Positions 24,501-50,004 of a DNA stretch of 64,000 nt are shown piece after piece; the stretch's first letter is position 1; each line of letters opens with the position of its first letter. The notes under the pieces are model-generated. The model was not told the DNA's origin. It saw nothing but the letters and a program-made list of their open reading frames with translations, and searched no databases. The stretch covers positions 11,572 to 75,571 of the forward strand of contig NIVC01000830.1 of assembly GCA_002269645.1 (NCBI GenBank), read 5' to 3'. Source of the stretch: Macrostomum lignano. Its lineage: Eukaryota. The translations under genes were made by a program, and so were the position numbers.

Positions 24501-25557
24501 GCAAAAATTGTTTATAGCAACAAATCTAGCAATGATAATAAAATGTGCTTATTGTATTCATATTTTTGAATGGATAAACTTCTTAACTTAAAATTATCAC
24601 AAAATTTTGAATATTCATACAACACAGCTTCAGTTTCAGCTATATAAGCCATCACAAAGTAGTAACATCCCACATGAAAGTCTGGACCTCAAGATAGAAA
24701 ATAATGATAGAAAAGTGAACAGTGCATATAAAAATGTTGATTCTATTTCTATTTATTTATTGTATTGATAAATGGAAAGTACAAATTTCAAAAAGAGAAT
24801 ATTTTCATAGGCCTTATTACCCACTCTATATTGGCACTTTCTTTCATGCATTTCAGAAATTTGACAAACTGTACCATATGTTTTGCTAGCATTGAGTACT
24901 GAATCAATACCGCCAACTGCTACTAGACAACACACATTAGCCTCACTTCTGTTTCATGTGCCTATCAAGTGTAAGTCAATTTGGAAATGGCACCTTTAAA
25001 GCATAAGAAATACTGACATGATTGAGATTCATACCATGAGCTACGTTTTTTAAGCAGGATCTAGAAAAATTGTAAATTACATTTAATGGCCTACCAATAT
25101 AAAAAGCACAGATAGTTTTTGCAGCTTCTTTAGTGGCAGAAAAGCATCCTCATGGTATGCCAGCAGCTCCAGTTCTCTGGCAGCTACAGCAGACTTTTGA
25201 GTTTAATGCAGCGAGTTAGCAAGCCATGACTACTGTGGAGAACCTGTAAAGTAAAAAGTGCAAGAGCTTCAAAAAACTGATGGTCACCACAGGCTTTAAT
25301 GTATTTTGCATAATTTCAGCCAGAAGTCATCAAGATGCTTGGATCACAGATCAACTCAAAAATAGCTCTTTTTGAGGACTTTATAAACATTTTTGCTGCT
25401 TATCTTGTTATCTTTTAACTAACTTAAGATTTTAGAAATTTGCAATGGCCGTAGTACTACCATAGTATAGCAAAATATTAAAATGCATTCAAAAACAGTT
25501 GTGTCTACTTATTTTCAATTTGCTTGCACAACCTATACTTTCATTTTAGGTTCCACC

Positions 25558-26043
25558 AAGTGTCCAACCATCATTGCTACCAATAGAATTTTCAGGCTTC
25601 AATGCAAATTGTCTGCCTGTGGTAAACAAGACATCTTGCCCACTTAGGGAAATTTGCCATTACTATTTGTTTATGTTCCCATTGAGTCACAAAGCAATAA
25701 GCTAACTAAAACTGAGGGAGCATGTTCAAATTGGCAAGCAGGTGAATTGCAAAATGGATGTCAAGGAACTAGAAAGTTGGATATTTATAGCTTCTTCATT
25801 GTCAGTTGCCATCACAACAATATTGGAGCATGCACAGACATTTGGATAAGTGGTGAGTGGCTGATCTACACCAACTCATATTTAAAGTTTTTCCTCAGTA
25901 GTCAGCCAGTTGCAAGAGATGTTATTCTCATATATGACATAGCCTGCAAGATGGGCAATTGCTTGCAGACTGTCCTAGAAGATATGTTATCAGTTCATCA
26001 GGTCAGGCCAGCTGTAAATGCATTTCTGGGTCCAGGTTCTTAG
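25558..26043 (+). pseudogene. Degenerate KDZ (Kyakuja-Dileera-Zisupton) transposase relic
   Basis: ORF 25654-26043 carries CSNWQAG, KLD...SCHH, GEW..Y, YDIAC and AVNAF.G.G in the order of the KDZ core (C.nf.A, lD..G...CRH, GEr..Y, YDIaC, .FH..GH). Confidence 0.75.
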
Positions 26044-26072
26044 GAAATATAAAGCAAAATCAGTTTCTAATA

Positions 26073-26839
26073 GGGCCATTCCATATAATTATGGTCGTAA
26101 CATGACAGACTATTTTTACTTATAAAATGAAATCTAATAATAGAATATACTAAACCAATATTTTGAATGAAAGATTATTTTGTCAAGAATATGTTTATAA
26201 AGTTTCATATGGATACCATTATTAGTATAGATGCTATTAAACCTTGAATGGCACTTATGATCGTAACAACAGTATTTTTGACATAGAAACTAAAAGGTAA
26301 AAGTCTTATAACATTTTTCATTTTTGATATTTTGCAATAATTTTTTTTTAAATTTGACTAAGAACATCTTTAGAAGTCATACTCTTTTATTAAAATATAT
26401 TAACTCAAAAAGGCAACAAAGATACAAAAGAAAAGGCAGCCTTATGGTCGTACAGCCACATTTTTTTCTGTCAATTCAATAACTTTGAAGTACTAATATA
26501 TAAAAAATATAATAGATTATATGGTTGCTAATGTTTTTATCTGATGATGCAAATACTATAATTTTATATAGTTTGTTTTAACCTTCTAAAGCTTTCTATT
26601 TGTTTTTAAAAGGTACATAAACTTAATGATGTCTTTTGCTTAGAAAATGTCTAATTTTTTTACAAAAATAACTTTTTGCTGATTGATAACATACTAATCC
26701 AACATTTTATCATTTATTTATTCTTAGAATTACATACAAAAAAGATTTGGTAAAAAAAATTGGATGATAAGGCAATGACAAGCAAAAATATTGACTTTTT
26801 TCTATTTTCCAAATATGTCCATCTTATATGGAATGGGCC
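26073..26839. mobile_element. Non-autonomous DNA transposon, 767 bp
   Basis: TIRs gggccattccatataa and ttatatggaatgggcc, with aata on both flanks (possible 4-bp TSD). The motif ttatg(g/a)tcgta recurs three times inside. Confidence 0.7.
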
Positions 26840-27061
26840 AATAGATAAAAATTTCTTCAAGTCAGAAGACTGAACTTGTAAAATACTATGGCTACTGTGT
26901 AACCACTAATTTCATTGCTAATAAAGTAGCCTAAGGGTCAGTAGGGTATCATATAAAGTAGCTTTATGTCTATAAAGTATCTTTATGTCTATAAAGATTT
27001 TTATGTCAATAGAGTATCTTTATGATAGTAGAGTAGCTTCATGGCTGTAGAGTATCTTTAT

Positions 27062-27326
27062 CATACATGTGCAACTGCTGGCCGACCTGGCCGATCTGGC
27101 CACCGTAAATTGTGGTGGACCAGGGGTAAGTCGCAAAAATGCCCAGTCTAAGGAATACAGACGTATTTCTAATTAGATAACGAGGCATTTAGCCCTTATA
27201 AGACAGTCATAGTAACTCCTGCTGTTTACCCAAAATTGCGTTAGGGTTTTTTTACAGGTAAGTCACATTTTTGGTCAAAAAGTAAGTCGCATGGCTGGTG
27301 TAAATCAGGGGTGTTGCGCATGTATG
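27062..27326. mobile_element. hAT-type MITE, 265 bp, with a perfect 8-bp TSD
   Basis: TIR catacatg(t/c)gcaac at both ends, flanked by atctttat at 27054-27061 and 27327-27334. It is inserted into a degenerate agagtatctttatg repeat. Confidence 0.88.
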
Positions 27327-27386
27327 ATCTTTATATACCTGAAGAATATCTTCATGTTTATAGAGTATTTTTATGTTTGCAGATTT

Positions 27387-27500
27387 GAATTGGGGGTGGG
27401 CAGGATAGGAGGGAATTGGGGGGTGGGCAGGATAGGAGGGAATTGGGGGTGGGCAGGATAGGAGGGAATTGGGGGGTGGGCAGGATAGGAGGGAATTGGG
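27387..27500. repeat. G-rich 26-27-bp tandem repeat, 4 copies
   Basis: Unit gaattggggg(g)tgggcaggataggagg. Confidence 0.9.
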
Positions 27501-29463
27501 GAAGGGCAAAGATGGGAGATAATTGAGAAGCATGATATAAAGGAATTAAGAGAGGGAAAAAGTAAAAATATAATGATTGAGAGAATAGACATAGGTAGAG
27601 GATAGGCAGACTAGAGTAGATTGGCCTAGGCTAAATGCAATATAAGTATATAATTCATATGACAATAAATATAAAGTAAATACACAACTGAACTAATATT
27701 AATTAATTTATTCATTAGGAAGGTTATTGGCTTCTTTTTCTTTTTCTATAGCTAGGCCTATACATTTCATAATATTGGCCTACAACAATTATTAGATTGT
27801 TAGACAAGAAGCATAAAATATAATAGGGTCTAAAATAGCTAGCCTATTTTAGACCATATACATTTTATAGACTAATAATTTAGTAGGCCTACTCTTAATA
27901 GCTATAGGCATATTACTAAAATAAAATAACATAGCTAGCTAGGCCTACCTATCATAGGCCTAAAATTGACAAGGCCTTTTGTGTTTCTTTTCATGGTACA
28001 AGTATAGAGTGATATTAAAATAAAGAATACAACTAAGAGCTAAAAAATTATACTAAATACCTGGCAATAAAGAAGAAAAACAAAGTAGATTAAAGCACAA
28101 TGCAGTACAAAATGGCCCACATATTGATAAGAAGGCCAATATAAGGCCAATAACTGGGTGAGCCAAGGCCACCTAGCTAGCTAGCCATCAAGCTTTTTCT
28201 TTTTTAAGCCCAATTAAAATATATATCTGCCTGCAACAGGACCATTTCATCCTTATTGTCAAGAGGTCCAAGTAGCTAGTTTATTTTACAATCATTAACC
28301 TCCTAATTAAATTTCATTCAGTCATGTCATATGTGGCTTTTTGTGCAAGCTAGGGCGACACATTTCCAAAGTTTTCGACTCTATAGACACAAACTGCTTT
28401 ATTAGTCTAGGTCTTGAATTCATACATACTAACACAATGCCCTATACTAATTAAATATGTCGAGCCATTATAATATTGGTTGTGCGTAGGCTTTTGAATT
28501 GCGCGCCATAACTGCCCAATACAAGTATATACAGTCCGCTTTTAATCAGAAGGAAAGCATGTTATGCTGGCAGTCGACATGCCATCTACCCTATCTAATC
28601 GTAGAAAACGTTTACCTTTTCTACCGATTACATCCATGCTGGTCGGGTGCCGATTCTGGTTTTGGAATTGATAATATGAAAAGACCCGATTTCGACGTAT
28701 TGTAAAAGATAAAGTATTTAAAAGCGCGCCAGAATTTTTTACGGTATTTTTGAACGAAAAGTGCCAACCAACAACGAAACGACAAACTTTGAAACTTAAA
28801 GTATTTAAATAAGGGAATTATAATATGAATATGAATATGAGTATGGATGAGGATTCGATTCTATAATTTAAAAAACTAAAAACAATCCGTTTAAATAAAC
28901 AAATACTCGCTGCAGTTACCAAACAGAGAGATTATAATATAGTGTTCATTAAAATATTACGTTTTTAAAAAAAGATGGCAATTTTTACGACTTTCAGAAA
29001 ACAGAGTTTTCAGATTTCTAGACTTTGCATACTTTTGGTTGATATGCTACTTTTTTAGTAGTATAAGTTTGGCTCAGGCAATAAGCCTGTTTGGCCAGTA
29101 TATCCTGTCTCTACTGTCTGGCTGTAGCTAATGCTTAGACTTAAATTAGACTTACTTAGACTTACATACTCGTATATATGTCTATATTGTACTTTGCTTA
29201 TCATAGGAAGCATTAGTTCAAAAGTCGGAGACAACGCACATTTACTTCAGTCTAATGCACGCGTCTTAGCCCCATATTTCTAGAAATTTGAACGTGGAAT
29301 CAATATTTTTTAATTCGGCGTTTTGTCGCAATTGTCTAAACAGCATTATAAAGCCTCAAGAAAAGTTTTTTGCCACTGGACGAATCCGTACCCCGCATAG
29401 CAAAATCACGTATCCAATAGAAAGTGGGACGTCTCCAATACGTATCTTTTTTTGTTGCAGGAA

Positions 29464-29605
29464 CGTCCTCGATACGTATTCAATTTTTATGACCCTCTAA
29501 TGGTGAACAGATAATGCTTTTAATTTTATTGATTCTTTATTCCACCATTTTTGTAGAAACGAGCTTCTTTAGAGGATCATAAAAATTGGATAAGTATCAA
29601 GGACG
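29464..29605. mobile_element. Small foldback/MITE-like inverted repeat (37-bp arms)
   Basis: cgtcctcgatacgtattcaatttttatgaccctctaa (29464-29500) pairs with ttagaggatcataaaaattggataagtatcaaggacg (29569-29605). Confidence 0.6.
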
Positions 29606-30145
29606 CCGAGCTGATTTAATCAACATGATTTACACCTGATTGGCATGATCCGCATTGACGCGGTCTACGTTGATATGATCCCGCATGAACAAGAATTTCT
29701 CAAAAGAATTTCGGTTACTGCTAAAAACAATTCATACGAAGTTTTATTTATACCACATAGTTTAGTCATTCGGAATGCAACGCCCTCAGGCTCCTGCCGA
29801 AACACTGCAGCTCTGCATTCCCACAATGCCGCAGTTAAAATCCAACACTTTCATGACCAAGCCCCATCTGAGGTTGGTTTGAGTGGCGTGCAGCTCTGTA
29901 CCCAGCACTAAAGCCTAATGGCTCATTCTGTGCAACTCTTCAATATTACTCCATGCAGTGCTGTTGCTGCATTTCGGAAGAGAATGGCAATACTAAACTA
30001 CTTACCGTGTGTGCTCTGCTCTTCGTCAGCAAACTTTATTGTTGTAAAATATAAAGCCTACACAGTTTTGGCAGCGAGGTTCATGCAGCCTTCAATGCAC
30101 AATAAATTTTCTCTATTTTGTTCGGCTAAAAGCCTTGCCAATAGG

Positions 30146-30253
<108 letters not shown>

Positions 30254-30488
30254 GTTGTTCGTCTACTGAATTTCGACTCAAATATGAACGAAAACTTTGC
30301 GTCTGTTTCTTGCGCTTCCGACCGCGAGACACAATCGGCTATTCAAATAAAATCTGCGCCTGAGAACGCGCGTTGCACCCTCAAGACTTGGCGCGTTTCC
30401 TCGGCAGCCGGACCGAATCCTTGCTGGTAATAATTTCCACCAATTCCTGCTGCTGGCATACGACTGCGGAAGCCAAGTGGGTCGCAGC

Positions 30489-42547
<12,059 letters not shown>

Positions 42548-42550
<3 letters not shown>

Positions 42551-42946
42551 GCAGCTGGAAATGAGACTATGATTATGAGCAACTGGAAATGAGACTATGA
42601 TTATGAGAAGCTGGAAATGAGACTATGATTATGAGCAACTGGAAATGAGCGCATGATTATGAGCAACTGGAAATGAGCGCATGATTATGAGCAACTGGAA
42701 ATGAGCGCATGATTATGAGCAACTGGAAATGAGACTATGATTATGAGCAACTGGAAATGAGACTATGATTATGAGCAACTGGAAATGAGACTATGATTAT
42801 GAGCAACTGGAAATGAGACTATGATTATGAGCAGCTGGAAATGAGACTATGATTATGAGCAGCTGGAAATGAGAATATGATTATGAGCAGCTGGAAATGA
42901 GCATATGATTATGAGCAGCTGGAAATGATCTATGATTATGAGCAGC
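42548..42946. repeat. 28-bp minisatellite (gagcaactggaaatgagactatgattat) in the plakin 3' UTR
   Basis: About 14 copies; the first overlaps the stop codon. Confidence 0.93.
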
Positions 42947-43446
42947 TTAAAAATTCTAAGAAAAAACTAATCCATGCTTCAGAACTAAGTTGGGAACGAT
43001 TGAGTCTATTTATTTACCTGCTATTTAGGAACTCAAAGAATCTTTCATTAAATTAAAATTCAATTTAATTTGTCCTACTGTAAACACTTGCAAATCATTT
43101 TTAGCAGAAATCTTATAAGTACTTCTAATACTCACTCATTGCTACTTATTTCATTTAGTTGGAAATTTCGCAAACAAAAATATTCTTTTTATACATTAAT
43201 ACTGCTACTTAATAGTACTTTTTTGCCTCTTGTAAGGCTGACGCCTGACTTCTTTGAAGTCACCTGGGTGCCGAATGGTAACAATTTCAGACCCACATTT
43301 ATATAACAACCATCCATACTACTAGTACTGCCAGCTATCCATACTAATTCATTACGGCTGCATGAATTCTATCTTTTTTGTTCCTTATTTTGCCGCGCCT
43401 GTACAGTCTACTTCAAGTATGCGCATGTGCAGAGTTGGAGAGAACC

Positions 43447-45410
43447 GGACAGGACAGGACAGGAAGGATAGGACAGGACAGGACAGGACAGGACAGGAAA
43501 GGAATGGACAGGACAGGACAGAACAGGACAGGACAGGAAAGGACAGGACAGGAAAGGACAGGAAAGGACAGGACAGGACAGGACAGGACAGGACAGGAAA
43601 GGACAGGACAAGACAGGACAGGAAAGGACAGGAAAGGACAGGACAGGACAGGACAGGACAGGACAGGAAAGGACAGGACAGGATAGGACAGGACAGGATA
43701 GGACAGGACAGGACAGGACAGAACAGGACAGGACAGGAAGGATAGGACAGGACAGGACAGGACAGGACAGGAAAGGAAAGGACAGGACAGGACAGGACAG
43801 GACAGGACAGGAAAGGACAGGACAGGAAAGGACAGGAAAGGACAGGACAGGACAGGACAGGACAGGACAGGAAAGGACAGGACAAGACAGGACAGGAAAG
43901 GACAGGAAAGGACAGGACAGGACAGGACAGGACAGGACAGGACAGGACAGGACAGGATAGGACAGGACAGGATAGGACAGGACAGGACAGGACAGAACAG
44001 GACAGGACAGGACAGGACAGGAAAGGACAGGACAGGACAGGACAGGAAAGGACAGGACAGGACAGGACAGGACAGAACAGGACAGGACAAGACAGGACAG
44101 GACAGGACAGGACAGGACAGGACAGGACAGGACAGGACAGGACAGGACAGGATAGGACAGGACAGGACAGGACAGGACAGGACAGGACAGAACAGGACAG
44201 GACAGGACAGGACAGGACAGGACAGGACAGGACAGGACAGGACAGGACAGAACAGGACAGGGAGGATAAGACAGGACAGGAAAGGATAGGACAGGACAGG
44301 AAGGACAGGACAGGACAGGACAGGACAGGACAGAACAGGACAGGGAGGATAGGACAGGACAAGAAAGGACAGGAGAGGATAGGACAGGACAGGACAGAAC
44401 AGGACAGGGAGGACAGGATAGGACAGAACAGGACAGGATAGGACAGAACAGGACAGGATAGGACAGAACAGGACAGGATAGGACAGAACAGGACAGGATA
44501 GGACAGAACAGGACAGGATAGGACAGAACAGGACAGGATAGGACAGAACAGGACAGGATAGGACAGAACAGGACAGGATAGGACAGAACAGGACAGGATA
44601 GGACAGAACAGGACAGGATAGGACAGAACAGGACAGGATAGGACAGAACAGGACAGGATAGGACAGAACAGGACAGGATAGGACAGAACAGGACAGGATA
44701 GGACAGAACAGGACAGGATAGGACAGAACAGGACAGGATAGGACAGGATATGAAGGACAGAAAAGGAAAGGACAGGGTAGGACAGGACAAGACAAGACAG
44801 GACAGGACAGGAAAGGACAGGACAGGACAGGACAGAACAGGACAGGACAGGACAGGACAGGACAGGACAGGACAGGACAGGACAGGACAGGACAGGACAG
44901 GACAGAACAGGACAGGGAGGATAAGACAGGACAGGAAAGGATAGGACAGGACAGGAAGGACAGGACAGGACAGGACAGGACAGGACAGAACAGGACAGGG
45001 AGGATAGGACAGGACAAGAAAGGACAGGACAGGATAGGACAGGACAGGACAGAACAGGACAGGGAGGACAGGATAGGACAGAACAGGACAGGATAGGACA
45101 GAACAGGACAGGATAGGACAGAACAGGACAGGATAGGACAGGATATGAAGGACAGAAAAGGAAAGGACAGGGTAGGACAGGACAAGACAAGACAGGACAG
45201 GACAGGACAGGACAGGACAGGACAGGACAGGACAGGACAGGACAGGACAGGAAGGACAGAAAAGGAAAGGACAGGGTAGGACAGGACAAGACAAGACAGG
45301 ACAGGACAGGAAAGGACAGGAAAGGACAGGACAGGACAGGACAGGACAGGACAGGACAGGATGGGACAGAGCAGGAGAGGACAGAGCAGGAGAGGACAGA
45401 GCAGAAGCAT
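43447..45410. repeat. (GGACA)n pentanucleotide array with higher-order blocks
   Basis: About 2 kb, with ggata, gaaca and gaaag variants forming 20-bp and longer super-units. Confidence 0.97.
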
Positions 45411-46099
45411 TCCAGTCCAGTCGTAGAAACCGATTGCATCGTGAGAAATCGAAAATTTCTACTGCAGATTTTTCGACCAAATTTATCGATGGCGAAACTT
45501 CATTTAGCGCTTATGCGTTCTCTAGAGCATGGTATATGCACTGGCGGTGGGACAAATATGACGTTCCTTACCGGCCTCCAGCTGATTTCGAAGAAAACCG
45601 AGAGCAGCGCCCTTCGACTTCAGTTGTCCATGAAACGATGCTTTTCGAACATCGCATGCAGATTATTCTTGTCAGTATTTGGTTAATCCAAATCGAAAAT
45701 GGATTGCGTAACTGGCTGAGGAATTCTAGGCTGCCGAAACGAATTTCGCAGCTATGCTGAGGTCTGATAGGAAGCCGGCCCAAGTCAGTGTTGTCAGATT
45801 TCATCGGATAGCCGGACTAACAGAAATTGATGGCAGAGATGGACAAGACAAAGCTCATGAGGTTTTGCCTGCTGGTCACATAGTGAGCCTGAGATATATA
45901 GAGGGAACTGCCAGTTATTGCAAAAAGAAATTTTCGCATCAATTTGGCACCAACTTGACGAATCTCCGAGCCTTGGTAGACGGTCTCTGTCCCCCAGCCC
46001 TTGTAACTCATAACTAAGCATAGTTTTTCCGATATGTAGAGTAAAAAATTACTTGAACAAAAATTAGACTTTGGTATTGCTTCTCTGATTGGCAGAGAC

Positions 46100-47170
46100 G
46101 GAGAGGGAGAGTGCATGGGAGGGAGACAGAGACACACAGGAGGGAGAGTGCATGGGAGGGAGACAGAGACACACAGGAGGGAGAGTGCATGGGAGGGAGA
46201 CAGAGACACACAGGAGGGAGAGTGCATGGGAGGGAGACAGAGACACACAGGAGGGAGAGTGCATGGGAGGGAGACAGAGACACACAGGAGGGAGAGTGCA
46301 TGAGAGGGAGACAGAGACACAGGAGGGAGAGTGCATGAGAGGGAGACAGAGACACACAGGAGGGAGAGTGCATGAGAGGGAGACAGAGAGACACAGGAGG
46401 GAGAGTGCATGAGAGGGAGACAGAGACACAAGGGGAGAGTACATGAGAGGGAGACAGACACACAGAGGGAGAGTGCATGAGAGGGAGAGCACATGAGAGG
46501 GAGAGTGCATGAGAGGGAGAGCGCATGAGAGGGAGAGTGCATGAGAGGGAGAGCGCATGAGAGGGAGAGTGCATGAGAGGGAGAGCACATGAGAGGGAGA
46601 GTGCATGAGAGGGAGAGCGCATGAGAGGGAGAGTGCATGAGAGAGAGAGCGCATGAGAGGGAGAGTGCATGAGAGGGAGAGTGCATGAGAGGGAGAGTGC
46701 ATGAGAGGGAGAGTGCACGAGAGGGAGAGTGCATGAGAGGGAGAGTGCATGAGAGGGAGAGTGCATGAGAGGGAGAGTGCATGAGAGGGAGAGTGCATGA
46801 GAGGGAGAGTGCATGAGAGAGAGAGCGCATGAGAGGGAGAGTGCATGAGAGGGAGAGTGCATGAGAGGGAGAGTGCATGAGAGGGAGAGTGCACGAGAGG
46901 GAGAGTGCATGAGAGGGAGAGTGCATGAGAGGGAGAGTGCATGAGAGGGAGAGTGCATGAGAGGGAGAGTGCATGAGAGGGAGAGTGCATGAGAGGGAGA
47001 GTGCATGAGAGGGAGAGTGCATGAGAGGGAGAGTGCATGAGAGGGAGAGTGCATGAGAGGGAGAGTGCATGAGAGGGAGAGTGCATGAGAGGGAGAGTGC
47101 ATGAGAGGGAGAGTGCATGAGAGGGAGAGTGCACGAGAGGGAGAGTGCATGAGAGGAAGACAGAGACACA
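46100..47170. repeat. Compound minisatellite: 37-bp units grading into 16-bp units (gagagggagagtgcat)
   Basis: Left part is gagggagagtgcatgggagggagacagagacacacag; the right part is its 16-bp core only. Confidence 0.93.
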
Positions 47171-48519
47171 AGAGAGAGTGGTCTTCAGCTAACAGCTTAT
47201 AGCTGGAGACAGAGCTGTAAATTGGAACAGTAAGTCAGAGGCCAGTGCAATGCTGTGTGAGGTGACACTAGAGTGCATATCAGGATGCAGTCAACAACTA
47301 TTGATAGATTGAACGATAATAGCTATTTAGCATGCGCACGAACTCAATTGAGGCCCCGAACAGGCCCCCGAACACTGCTCATATTTGCCTGCATTCACTG
47401 CTTGGCATTATCCAGTCATGCAGTCTCCGGCAGGCCGAGTCGCTGAAGCAGATCGCTAGCTAAATCAAAGAGCAGTTATGCTAATGGGCGGGCTTTTACG
47501 AGCTAGCCTGCAAAGAGTAGCCTACAATAATAGAGCTAGGAAACTGATCAGTGCATTAGGCAGCTAGTTTAAGCTGATTAGCTGAACTGGCCGGAGCAAT
47601 AATGAGTCTAATGGGAGCAGATCCGAGCAAAACCCGGACACGCAGTTTTAACGCTTCGAAGGAGTTGTGCGAAAAAAATCGATTTTTCCAATTAGTACAT
47701 TGGGCACTTTGATATTGAGGGATCCCTATTCGTATATGGATAGGCATTAATCTTATCTACGAGAGTTGGGTACACAATATCCCCCCATAAGGATGCTGAA
47801 GCCTGGCTTTTTTGAGACCGTGCTGTGAGCCCTCCGTGAGCTGCACTCAAATACTATCGGGCGTCTTAGAGCGTCTTTGAGTCTCATGACTCACTCGCGA
47901 GTTGCACTATTTCCTTTCGGCATTTTTTCACTTAATGTAAATACTCTAGGACAGCACAGGGATGAGGAAGTCAAGAGAGTGTACGAGTCATTCATGAGTC
48001 AAGAGCAAAACCGTATAACAGAGTAAAGAAGTAGAGGATGTAGATGTTATAATGACGCAGAATTCACAAGGACAGGACTCACGCGGATGTATAAGTCACA
48101 GGGTTTGTGAATGTAAAGAGCATGTAGAAGTAGCGAGTATGGCCCGCAATGACGTTTCAGTATGCCTGTGAAGTATGTGATAGACTTGGACTAATGGCTA
48201 TGGTCTGCGATGCTTCACGCTTCGCACCCTATTCAAGTTCAAGGTCAAGGCTTGCGGCGGGAGTTCGGCAACCCTCTATTTGCCTCTGGAGGCCGCATAC
48301 TCCCCCCCCCAAGTTGCCTACCTTGTAAGCCGACCAGGGGTACACGTTTCCGCGTGTGTTTAAGATGTAGAAGTCGCGAGGATTTAAGACTTCACGACGG
48401 GTGAAAGAACTCACGATGATGTAAAAGCCAAGAACTACTAGTGTTCCTGGTGGTCCTTGTAGGTAAGAGCTCGCAAGGATGAACAAGGATGCTAAGTTAT
48501 AGTTTGTGATGCTGTAATG

Positions 48520-49006
48520 ATGAGAAATCTACAAGGATGCTGGGTTAATGCATGTGATGCTGCAATGATGAGAAGTCTACAAGGATGTTGGGTTAAGGCA
48601 TGTGATGCTGCAATGATGAGAAGTCTACAAGGATCGATGTTGGGTTAATGCATGTGATGCTGCAATGATGAGAAGTCTACAAGGATCGATGTTGGGTTAA
48701 TGCATGTGATGCTGCAATGATGAGAAGTCTACAAGGATCGATGTTGGGTTAATGCATGTGATGCTGCAATGATGAGAAGTCTACAAGGATCGATGTTGGG
48801 TTAATGCATGTGATGCTGCAATGATGAGAAGTCTACAAGGATCGATGTTGGGTTAATGCATGTGATGCTGCAATGATGAGAAGTCTACAAGGATGTTGGG
48901 TTAATGCATGTGATGCTGCAATGATGAGAAGTCTACAAGGATGTTGGGTTAATGCATGTGATGCTGCAATGATGAGAAGTCTACAAGGATCGATGTTGGG
49001 TTAATG
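48520..49006. repeat. 48/52-bp minisatellite (gatgctgcaatgatgagaagtctacaagga[tcga]tgttgggttaatgcatgt)
   Basis: About 9-10 copies; period 52 at 48601, 48653 and 48705. Confidence 0.93.
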
Positions 49007-49954
49007 TTATTCTGCACTCGCAAAGCCGTTTCGGTACAAGAATTCAACTTATTTTCCCAAAACTGGAGCATAAGATTTCTTATTCTCAATTTCTTGGCTT
49101 ACTTCTTTTCCGGTGGGACTTAGACCAACTTCTCCTGTGCTTATTCCCAAATCCCAAGCCTTTGCTTTGATCAGTTCATCCCGCCCAGCACACCGGAGTT
49201 CCACTCAGTCTTGCCCTCTCCCTGCCCACTCAGTGCATTTGGATCTGAAACAAGAAACTCCCCCCCCCCCCAGTTCCGCAGATTTATGCTAAGCTACACT
49301 CTACAGCCGGGCTATAAAAGTGCATTATTTATCGCGGCGGAATTGGGCAGATACAAAATAAATATAGAGAAATAGGGGAGAGAGAGCGAATAGAGAATGG
49401 AGTACAGCAAAAATTGGTGGGTTCCTAATTGGAAGGGAAATGTTTTGAAAAATTTAAATCCAAGATTTAACATTATAGGCCCGATATGTATCGAAAGTAA
49501 AGTTTACTACGCAACTGGTACGGAAAATGGCAATAATATTTTTCTTGAAGGGTCCAGCAGTTCTGTATTTTATAATGCGGTCCACAGTGCACTGGTGGAC
49601 AAACACACAGAGAAAAACGAAACGTCGAAGCAGAAGAGGAAAAAGAACAAACTGACAGCCTGTTAGGGGGGGGGGGGAGACGGGGCATACCAAAAGTGCT
49701 TTGCGCGCGGTGCTAGGGGTAGGGAGCGCAGTCCCCCCCCTCATTCCTAGCCTCCTCAATGCAGTAGATCCCCTCCTCAAGTTCATTCCCGTCCTTCCCG
49801 ACCTCAGCTGCAGCGCGGGAGGGTTGCCATCGGCCCTTCTTCCCCTTCCCGCCATAGGTGGGGTAGAGGGGGGGGGGTTGTGGCGGCATCCGCCAACGCC
49901 ATCTGCACCGCTCTCTCGTCGCCCTCCGCCTCTCAACTGGATTCGGCGGAAAGT

Positions 49955-49956
<2 letters not shown>

Positions 49957-50001
<45 letters not shown>
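49957..50001. repeat. (GA)n microsatellite
   Basis: Seen directly. Confidence 0.95.

Positions 50002-50004
<3 letters not shown>

Noticed and set aside
45420-46090. Several 75-108 aa ORFs between two satellites
   Set aside because: No recognisable motifs, consistent splice sites or codon pattern; cannot be supported without a search.
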